56,207 nt of DNA from Seison nebaliae (lineage: Eukaryota): NCBI GenBank assembly GCA_023231475.1, contig JALJEE010000553.1, positions 1 to 56,207 of the forward strand, given 5' to 3'. The translations under genes and the position numbers were made by a program. The notes under the pieces were generated by a model. It saw only the letters and a list, made by a program, of their open reading frames with translations. It was not told the origin of the DNA and made no database searches. Of the stretch, positions 37,824-50,000 are shown one piece after another (position 1 is the first letter of the stretch; each line of letters opens with the position of its first letter).

Positions 37824-38809
37824 ATGGGAATCCTAATTGATGAGTTAGCTGTTGGATTGGAGGCTGTGAGTGTGAACGGAATACAAATGAATCCAGAACA
37901 GATAGCAGCCATGAAGAATTCGTTCATTCTGTTGAAAGAACAATATAAATTTGATTTCATTTATTTTTGGGGTAAAATATTTGGTGCTACAAACGAGTAT
38001 TTTCTAGCGAAAGGTACAACTAAGGACGAAATGAAATTCCGAACTTATCTCTACAGGTTTTCCACCCTCCGTCTCATATTTCTATATCAAATCATAGTTT
38101 GGATTGTGTAACCTGGTCTTTATTGACTGAACCAACTGAAGATGAGATAAAAGACTCTCGCAAATTAAAAGGAAGATTCACTGGAGATCCTTCATTTGAA
38201 TTTGAACAAAACAGTAAGAAAACGGTCGGTTTGGGACCTGAAGCAACAGAAATTGACGATAGTGTTAAATCTTCTTCATTATCTTCACAATTTCATTCGA
38301 AACTTTAGATCATGTTAAAAGAGGAGGTCCGATTAGCTTGTGTTGTGTACGAAATTGACAAGGAAACTTTTATCGTACCACGTGGAGCGTTTATTCAAGA
38401 GACATCAGGTCGAATTTATAGAAATCGTTTATTTACCGGTATTCCGGTAGATGAGGTAGAACAAGGAACAAATTATCAACATTTCCGTCCACATCGAACG
38501 CTAAAGAAGAAAAGTCTCATCGAACGAACATTAATGAATCCAGCAATCGAATTCATGGATTCCATTGAAGATGATATTCCTAAAGGTTTTCTTCCAATTT
38601 CGTTCTTTTTTTTTTTAGTTTTTAAAACAACCCTCTCAAATAAAGGTTCCTGGTCTATCAGATATCACAAAGATAAGAGCATTGTGATAATTAATTCATT
38701 TCTATGGCCGGGTATCACTTTCTATCATCGACCTAATACTCCTGCATTTGGTTGCATTTATTGGGGTTTGGGAGAAATCAATCGTGATTTACCATTCATG
38801 GCGGCATAA
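37824..38809 (+). CDS. RSPH9: Radial spoke head protein 9, 4 exons
   Basis: FWGKIFG, LYS|LDCVTW, GRFTGDPS, KEEVRLA, IVPRGAF, DIPK|GSWS, SFLWPG, IYWGLGEINRDLPFM. Confidence 0.93.
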
Positions 38810-38931
38810 ATGATGAAAGAAATGATAATTAAAGGGAAAAAATGATGATAATTAACATAACACAAAAAAAATTAGATAAACAATTTTTTCAAAATTTTTA
38901 ATCGAATAAATTTCCCCCAAAATAAATTTGA

Positions 38932-40674
38932 TCATCTTTTTCTTGCTTTAGATTTTCCTATAACATAATCTCTTCCATCCATATCCATCATCATATTTGT
39001 GTTGTCGATGAATAGATCCATTATCTTCTTCCTCTCCATCATATTTTCCATGAGTGATTCTAACATAGAGAAATAATGACATAAGACATCACTCCTCCAA
39101 AAAGTAAGATCAGTTTGCATCACTTTCGGCATTAAGAAATAGGAATGCATATGCATCTTATTCCAGAAAGCAACGGAAGTTACATATCTCATGTTTTCCA
39201 GATGATCTTCAACTGTATCACTTTTCTGTCCCGTCTTACCAAATAACGGTCGACGATGGATGTTTAACTTCTTGGAGAGATTATTTAAACTTTTCTGCGA
39301 CAAGAACGGTAAAGAATGACCTCCAACTGAATGATAGAAAACTTTATTTTTCAATTTAGTATCCGATGGATAATTGTCCATAGCATCTTTTAATTGCTTA
39401 TTTGCATGAGCGGTATAAGAACGACTCATTTTTTGGAAGGAGGTCGCTAAAATACCAACGAATAAATTTTCGAATATGAAATTCGATAACCACACCCAAG
39501 AGACGATATAAGGCGAAGCATAAACTTTCGGGATTTCATGCAAAGTATCAACTAACAATTCACGCCAATGATCCAGTGTATAGAGTTGGACTAATGTCAA
39601 AAATGAGTATGGTAAAGATTCGTAAGCGTCAGCATATTCTTTATCAACACGATCACTTTTAGTATATCCCTCAAAAATGATCATTCCAGCAATAGCATAA
39701 AGAATCGCTAAGATACCAATAAGAAAACCCAAATAAACCATCGTCTTCATCGCTTGTGTCAATGCTAAAGCGATGACTCTCATTTGACGGAATCGAGTGA
39801 TGATTTTCAATGTACGAAGTACCCGAATAACTTTTAAAGTTTTCATAAACGATTCCATCTCTTCACTCATCTCTCCCGTAATCATTTGAGTGATGTAGAA
39901 AGGAAATATACAATAAGTTATTACTAGATCTCCTATATTCCAAAAATTGAGAAAAACATTCTGCCAATTGTGATTAATTCTGACAGCGAATTCGAACGTA
40001 TAAGCAACGAAACAAAATTTATCGAATAATTCCAGACTGTGAACAACTTGAGTGAGATTTCTATCTCGTCCAGTTATCTCCACAATAATTCCGAGTACGA
40101 TCGAATTGAGACAAATGAGAAGTAACATGATGAAATTGAATGTTTTATTTTGAATGAGCCAATTCGTCCACAAGAACAATCGACACCATTTTGCTCTTTC
40201 ATCACTTATTCGTGAAGAAGACCAACCATTAGCGGAACTCATCGTTCCTAATCGAATACCACTGTACTTTGGATAAATGATACAACTATGTGGTCGTTTC
40301 GTCAACAAAATTCGACGAATAAAATCCAAAGTTATACGATCTGGAGAAAAGAATTTTATTGTAGATCGTTCTCCATAAAAATTCCCATGACTATCCAAAT
40401 CAAATTTCTCTTTGGACGTCAAATGATTAATTGCCTCCATCGTCTTTAACAATTTCCTCCTCATCATTTCACCTTCTGGTGAAATCAAATCGAAATTTCT
40501 ATGTTCCTTCTGAACTATTTGGACGAAACCGCTCTCCACATACGGCTCTGCTAACTGGTTTAAACATTCGCCTTCAGAATCTACTCTCAGATTTTGTTGT
40601 CTGTGCATGAAAGTTTTTAGAGCGGCCTCCTGATTATAGAGATCCGTTCTGAACGACAAACCACCTAAACTCAT
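38932..40674 (-). CDS. CATSPER2: Cation channel sperm-associated protein 2 (6-TM, intronless)
   Basis: S1-S6 topology, S4 KTLKVIRVLRTLK, pore TLDHW (the CatSper2-type filter), S6 WVWLSNFIFENLFVGI, and C-terminal WRSDVLCHYFSMLESLMENMMER. Confidence 0.85.
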   Translation of the reverse strand: MSLGGLSFRTDLYNQEAALKTFMHRQQNLRVDSEGECLNQLAEPYVESGFVQIVQKEHRNFDLISPEGEMMRRKLLKTMEAINHLTSKEKFDLDSHGNFYGERSTIKFFSPDRITLDFIRRILLTKRPHSCIIYPKYSGIRLGTMSSANGWSSSRISDERAKWCRLFLWTNWLIQNKTFNFIMLLLICLNSIVLGIIVEITGRDRNLTQVVHSLELFDKFCFVAYTFEFAVRINHNWQNVFLNFWNIGDLVITYCIFPFYITQMITGEMSEEMESFMKTLKVIRVLRTLKIITRFRQMRVIALALTQAMKTMVYLGFLIGILAILYAIAGMIIFEGYTKSDRVDKEYADAYESLPYSFLTLVQLYTLDHWRELLVDTLHEIPKVYASPYIVSWVWLSNFIFENLFVGILATSFQKMSRSYTAHANKQLKDAMDNYPSDTKLKNKVFYHSVGGHSLPFLSQKSLNNLSKKLNIHRRPLFGKTGQKSDTVEDHLENMRYVTSVAFWNKMHMHSYFLMPKVMQTDLTFWRSDVLCHYFSMLESLMENMMERKKIMDLFIDNTNMMMDMDGRDYVIGKSKARKR

Positions 40675-40929
40675 GATGAATTAATGACAGAAGAAGTAGA
40701 AGAAGTTGTTTTACTAAACTCATTGTTCGTTTCATTTTTAACAATACACACAAATTGAATAGAAGAATTTATTTTTAAAAATTTCTTTAAAAATTTCCCT
40801 TTCTTTTATATTTTATTTATATTAATAAGTAAAAGAAGAATTTTATGAAATAAGTTTATTTATGAAAAAAATTAGGGAAATGTAAAAACATCTTCTACAA
40901 TGAAATTAATGATCGACTAAATGATTAAT

Positions 40930-42534
<1,605 letters not shown>

Positions 42535-42553
42535 TCAATTTACTAAAAATGAT

Positions 42554-42693
42554 CTGCGACAAAATAGAAAGTAGAGAATGAAGTAGTTTTGGTTGAAGGA
42601 GGCTCGAGAGGCGTGCGAAAAGGCGACGTATAATAAAAAGGAAATTGAAATAAAATGGAAAAATTAAACAGAAAATAATATTCTAATACTCAC
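42554..42693 (-). other. Putative 5' UTR intron of polyubiquitin with a canonical GTGAGTAT donor
   Basis: Minus strand AA|GTGAGTAT ... TTTTGTCGCAG| ends 22 nt before the ATG (an alternative TTTTTAG lies at 42543). Polyubiquitin genes commonly carry a 5' UTR intron. Confidence 0.6.
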
Positions 42694-42796
42694 TTAAATT
42701 CTACTTTCACAGTTCGAGGAAATTAGTCCTTATAAAATATCTTTTCTTTGCGAATAAAAAAGGAAAATTTTAATAAAACTAGAAATTTCCTTCTTC

Positions 42797-42803
42797 TTTT
42801 ATA
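42797..42803 (-). promoter_or_regulatory. TATA box of polyubiquitin
   Basis: TATAAAA on the minus strand about 105 nt upstream of the putative UTR intron donor. Confidence 0.55.
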
Positions 42804-43139
42804 CTCAACAGACGAAGTACATGTACACGTGTAAAATAAAGAGAGAGAAGCAGAGACAGCCAATAAGAAATAGACACGTAGAGAGAAATATACAGATTAA
42901 ATGTAGATCTGAAGACCTTATGTATGTAATTTCGAAACGAAGTAAACAATATGAATAAAGGAAAATTAATAATTTCTAATCGAATTTTTTCTCTACATGC
43001 AAAATTTATGAGGAATAAAAATACATATACAATTATATTAGATGAACATAAGAAGATTAATTTATAAATTTCCTCTTCAGTTAGTCAATCTTTCACACGC
43101 CTCTCTTTTCCAATGTGACTAATTGTGAAATTATAATAA

Positions 43140-43154
43140 TGAAGATTCTAGAAG
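43140..43154. promoter_or_regulatory. Heat-shock element upstream of polyubiquitin
   Basis: Perfect nGAAnnTTCnnGAAn (TGAAGATTCTAGAAG), with a second partial element TTCTAGAATATT near 43253. Confidence 0.6.
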
Positions 43155-44047
43155 GGCTTGATTGATATGTTACAATATTATTGACATATAATCAGCCACA
43201 TGGATCAGTTGATTTACCAATTACTGTCAGCTCTAATAGTTAACCAATTTATTTCTAGAATATTTTAAAAAGTTAAGCTTCAACAGCTGTTTAGTTAGTA
43301 ACTTAAATTAATCTCTTTCCTAACTGTTATCGATTTCCTATATTCAATTTACCAAAGGAAATACGTCATAAATTCAAAAAAAACATGTCTTACATGTGTT
43401 TTATCCTTGAATGATCATTTGATTAATTCCAGGATTCCAATGGGTTTAATTATTTTCAATTATCGCAATTTTCAAAATTTTAGCTTTTTGTTTATAGGTA
43501 ATATTTTAAAAAAGTTATTATCAATTCATGTGTTTGAATAAATATTTGATAATAAAAATTGTTGTAAAGTAATATCATATTACCCACTATTCAAAAATAA
43601 AATAAAATTGTTCAATAAAGAATATATAAAATAATTAAAAATTACAAATTTCAGTCATATTTCAGTATTATTTCAATAATTTAGTTCCTCCAATTCCTGT
43701 TATATTAATTTCCCCATTACTCTCTCTTACCAGAATATGTATCAGATAAAGTCAACAAATGAAATTGATTTAAATTTAATTTCTAAATGAAATTAAAAAT
43801 AAGAAAAATTATTAACTTTAGTAAATGATATAAAATGATTACCAAGCTAAATATTTGATGATTGTTTGTAAATGAGAATAAACTTTAATAACATTTTAAG
43901 ATAATTTTTAATTCGAAGCTTAATTTTTCGTGAGAAAAAAATTAAATAGTCTCAAATTTGAACGTATTTGAAACGACCTAATCAGAAATAAACATTTGTT
44001 TTCTCCAATCTTATTTTCTCACAAAATTATAATATTTGAAATTTAAG

Positions 44048-47000
44048 ATGGCGGGAGAAGCGGCAAGATCGACACAGTTCGACTATAAATTGAATTCGAA
44101 TTTAGTGTTGTCTGTAGACAAGAATCTGATTGATCGTCGAGCAAAGAGTGAAGCGACTGGTGAAGTGATAACATTGTACAATCGATTGAGTGATGTAAAG
44201 ATGGGAGATAAGGCGGAACGAACACGTCCGAAAAAATTGCAAGAAACGAATAAAGTAGATACGGAAAGATACGAGAAATTCGATACGAATAGATTCAAAG
44301 GAATAAATGTTCTTAATAGCGAACAACAAACGAATATGGATGTGGGGAGTGGGAACAATATAATTTATCGTCCCAAATCCAACACGACGAAACAGATTTA
44401 CGAAAGATTATTAAATATCGTTCAGAATGATCTGGGTCATGAACCACGAGATCTACTTTGTGCCACCGTCGATGAATTGTTGATGGTTTTGAAAGATGAT
44501 CATTTGAAATTGAAAGAGAAGAGGAAAGAATTGGAGGATTTGTTGGGAAAGATAACAGACGAACGTTTCAGTTTATATGTTAATGCAGCTGATAAATTGA
44601 ACGATTGGATTCCACCAAATAAATTCGATGATGATTTAAACGATGATAATGACGAATCAAATGATAATGATAATTTGAGAAAAGATGTCGAATATGATAC
44701 GAATGTTGTGTTTGATGATTTGGATGATGGTGAGAATGAGACGGATGTTTTTATCGCTCGAGGACAACAACAGAATTATGTTAATGATGGAGCTGAAGAG
44801 GAGATGAAAGAAGAAAACGAACAAGAACTTCTTCTCCAACAACATATTTTGGATGAAGAGAATCGATTGAAAATGTTGAAAAAGAATCGACATAAGAAGA
44901 AAAAGAAAGATGAAAATTCGATGGATGTCGATGATGAAGAAGGTGATGATAATGATAAAAATAATAATGATGTTGATGATGATGAAGATGAGGATGATGA
45001 TGAAATGGAGAATAGTGACGGAGAAGAACAAAATCAAAGAATAATCGATTTCTTCCAAACTGATAATGATGAAGATGAAGAGAATGTGAGACGAGACGCT
45101 GATGGAACGAAAACAGAAATTCGAACATTGGAATCTTCTGTGAAATTTCCCCAACAATCTACATCGTTTAAATTGGTTTCACAATCGAATGTGTTGAAAC
45201 AAAAGAAAGGACAAAAAAATGAATTGTTGAATGAGGAAGTGGAAGGAGAAGGAGAAATGGAGAAGAAAGATAAATTTTATATTAATCCATATGAAATTGA
45301 TGCATTCTGGTTGCAAAGAACATTAAGTAAAATATTTCCTGATTCAGTAGCTGCTAAAGAGAAGACGGAAGAAGTTCTGATGATTTTGAAAGAATCGAAG
45401 AATGAACGTGAATTAGAGAATCAATTGGCTTTACTCATTGGATTTAAACATTTCCAAATAGTCAAATTGTTGAGAATGAATTATAAGAAAGTTTATTATT
45501 GTACTCGATTAGCTGCATCTCAAACGAAAGATGAACGTTTATCTATTATCGAAGAGATGAAAATGAAAAATGATTTAGAATTAGAACAATTATTAACAAT
45601 TCTATTAAATCCGAGAAAGAAGAAGAAAATTGGTGTGAATGGAAATGAGGAAATGAAAAAAGAGAAATTGAAAAAAAAGAAAATTCCATCAGATGAAAAT
45701 AAAGATGTATCAATGAAGAATAAATCATCGAAACATCATATGCCGAAAGAGTGGACACCACAACAAATTTTAGATTTACAATCACTCTCCTTTCAACAAG
45801 GAAGTCATTTGATGTCAAATAAGAAATGTGTATTACCCGAAGGATCGGAACGTGAAAGATTTAAAGGATATGAAGAGATTCATGTTCCTCCATTGAAAGC
45901 GAAAGAATTTGGTGATAAAGAGAAATTACGTCCGATAAGTTCATTACCAAAATTCGCACAAATCGCTTTCGATTCTAATATTCGACAATTAAATCGTATT
46001 CAATCTCAAGTTTATAAAACGGCGATGGAAACTGATGAAAATCTATTGATTTGTGCACCAACTGGTGCAGGTAAAACAAATATAGCATTATTGACTATTT
46101 TGAGAGAGATTGGTAAACATATTCAAGAAGATAATACGATCGAGAAGAATGAATTCAAAATGATTTATATGGCACCAATGAAATCATTAGTAGCGGAATT
46201 GGTCGAATCATTTTCGAAGAAATTATCAGAATATCATTTGAAAGTTCGAGAATTGACAGGTGATTCACAAATGAATCGAGAACAAATTGAAGATACTGAT
46301 CTCATAATTTGCACTCCAGAGAAATGGGATATCATTACGAGGAAAAGTGGCGAAAGAGTTTACACTCAACTCGTTCGATTATTGATCATTGATGAGATTC
46401 ATCTACTTCATGATATGCGTGGTCCTGTCATTGAATCGATTGTATCGAGAACAATTCGAAATACAGAAATGACTCATGAACCAGTTCGAATAGTGGGATT
46501 ATCAGCAACATTACCTAATTATTATGATGTCGCCGCTTTCTTAAGAACGGATCCAAAAGTTGGATTATTTTTCTTCGATAATTGTTATCGTCCCGTTCAT
46601 TTACGACAACAATTCATTGGAATTACAGAGAAGAAAGTCATTAAACGATTTCAATTAATGAATGAAATTATTTATAAAAAAGTTTTATTAAAAGCAGGAA
46701 AGAAACAAGTTCTCGTTTTTGTTCATTCTAGAAAGGAAACTGGTAAAACTTGTCGATCAATTCGTGATCAATTTGTGGATAATGAAACATTATCAGTTTT
46801 CGGTTTAGATTCAGCAACGATCGACATTTTGAAGAATGCGAGTGAAGAAGTGAAAAATCAGGAATTGAAAGAATTACTTCCATATGGAATGGGTATTCAT
46901 CATGCAGGATTATTGAGACATGATCGAGATATCGTTGAAGATTTATTCCGTCGTCGATATATTCAATTATTGATTTCTACAGCCACATTAGCTTGGGGTG

Positions 47001-50000
47001 TCAATTTACCAGCTCATACGGTAATCATAAAAGGAACTCAAATTTATTCGGCTGAAAAAGGTCGTTGGGTCGAAATGTCATCGATGGATATTTTCCAGAT
47101 GTTGGGACGTGCTGGACGACCACAACATGACACGGAAGGTGAAGGAATAATTATAACTTCTCATTCTGAATTACTTTATTATCTCTCACTTTCAAATGAA
47201 CAATTACCAATTGAGTCACAATTAATTTCAAAAATTATCGATATGATGAATGCAGAAATCGTTTTAGGAACTATTCAAACAATCAATGAAGCTGCTGATT
47301 GGTTGAGATATACATATCTTTATATTCGTATGTTGAGAAATCCATCATTATATGGAATTGAGGAAAATGAAGCGATGAATGATCAGAAATTAGAACAACG
47401 TCGAATTGATTTAGTTCATACGGCAGCAATATCATTAGATAAGACGAATCTCATTCGATATGATCGAAAGAGTGGACAATTACATTCAACAGAATTAGGA
47501 AGAATAGCATCACATTATTATTGTACATTCGAAACAATGACAACATATCATCAATTATTAAAACCGACACTTTCCGAAATCGAATTACTTCGAGTTTTCT
47601 CCTTATCATCCGAATTCAAACAAATGCATGTTCGTGATGAAGAGAAGAAAGAATTAGTGGAATTATTATCATCAGTTCCAATTCCAATTAAAGAAAGTGT
47701 TGATGAAACTTCAGCGAAAGTGAATGTTCTCTTACAAGCATATATTAGTCAATTGAAATTGGAAGGATTTGCTCTCATGTCTGATATGATATTCATCTCA
47801 CAATCATCACAACGATTATTGAGAGCGATATTTGAGATCGTTCTAATTCGTGGTTGGGCACAATTAGCAGATAAAACGTTAAATTTGTGTAAAATGGTCG
47901 AGAGACGAATGTGGCAAGCGTTGTCACCATTACGTCAATTTCAAAAGATTCCTAAAACTATTATCGAACAATTGGAAAATACGAATTTGTCATGGAATCG
48001 ATTTTTCGATTTGAGACCGAAAGATTTTGGTGATATCATCAAAAATAGTCGTTTGAGTAAAAGTATTCATCGTTATGTTCATCAAATTCCAAAAGTTGAA
48101 TTAACAGTTCGAGTTTTACCAGTTACTCGAGGTACATTACGTGTCGATTTGACCATTCATCCCAATTTTATTTGGGATAATGATATTCATGGACTCTCCA
48201 TCGGTTTCTGGATATTTGTGGAGGATGTTGATTCAGAAGTTATTCTTCATCATCAATATTTCCTCCTTAAACGGAAATATTGTACAGAAGATCATTCACT
48301 AACTTTCCACGTTCCAGTTTTCGAACCGATGCCACCTCAATATTTCATTCGTGTTTGTAGTGATAGATGGATAACAATGGACAAACAATTACCAATTAGT
48401 TTCCGTCATTTGACTTTACCTGAGAAACATGCACCACCCACTGAACTTCTCGATCTTCAATCACTACAAATCAATTCATTACAAAATGAAGAATTTGAAA
48501 AATTGTATGAGAATGAAATTGATGAATTCAATGCAATTCAAACACAGACATTCAATTCACTTTATATGAAAGACGATAACATTTTCATCGGAGCACCATC
48601 AGGTAGTGGAAAAACGATTTGTGCCGAATTTGCTATGTTACGTCTCTTCTCCAGAAATGCTAATGGTAAATGTGTGTACGTGTGTCCGAAAGAAGAAATC
48701 TGTTCGGCCATCTTCCGTCGATGGGAGAAAATATTTGGTGGAATATTGAAGAAGAATGTTTATCGTTTATGTGGAGAAACGGGAGCTGATTTAAAGTTGT
48801 TAGCTCGAGGTAATATCATCATTTCACTTCCAACACATTGGGACGTATTGTCACGTCGATGGAAAAAGAGACGTCATGTTCAAAATGTATCGTTATTAAT
48901 CATCGATGAATTACATTTGATGAATAGTGAAATGGGAGCAATTCTCGAAGTTATTTCATCTCGTATGAGATATATTAATGCTGAAACGGAATTAAAGATT
49001 CGAATTGTTGCATTATCTGCTCCATTGGCTAATGCGAGAGATATATATCAATGGCTCGCTTGTCCTTCTCATTCAACATTCAATTTTCATTTGAGTGTTC
49101 GACCAATTCAACGTGAGTTACATATTCAAAGTTTTAATATTTCTCATAATCAATCTCGATTAGTAGCAATGATTCGTCCTTGTTTCAATTCGATTATGAA
49201 ATATTCCATGAAAAAATCCACCATCATTTTCGTTCCATCAAGAAAACAAAGTTGTTTAACTGCTATCGATCTCGTCACATTTATAGCGACGAAAACCGAT
49301 TTATCTGTGAATGTTGGTGGAAAGAGTAATAATCCATTCGTTCATTGTAACGGAAATGAGTTGAAGGAAATCTGTTCGAAATTGGATGACGATTATTTGG
49401 GTGGAACGATCTCACAAGGTGTTGCTTATCTTCATGAATCGTTAAGTGATAATGATCGTTCTATCGTCATGGAATTATTCCGTGCTGATGCCATTGGAAT
49501 ATTAGTCGTATCATATTCATTAACATGGTCATTGAATAATTTACATTCTTATCTCGTTATTATTCTTGATACACAATATTATAATGGTGAATTACATTCA
49601 TATGAAGATTACGAATTGAATGATATTCTTCATCAAATCGGTCGAGCTACAATTCCATCAGAGAATGAGACACATGCAATTCTTTTATGTCAGACATCGA
49701 GAAAGGAATATTATCATAAATTCCTTTATGAACCACTTCCCATCGAGTCTTTCCTCCATCATTCGCTTCATGATCATTTCAATTCAGAAATCGTCACTGA
49801 AGCCATCGAAAATAAACAGGATGCTGTCGATTATTTGACTTGGACATTCCTCTATAGTCGTCTGCGACAGAATCCCAATTATTATGGATTAACAAAGATT
49901 TCTCAACGTCATATATCTGATTATCTTTCCGAGTTAGTGGAGACGACATTGAGTAAATTACAAACATCAAAATGTATCGCTATCGTTGACGAATTGAATG

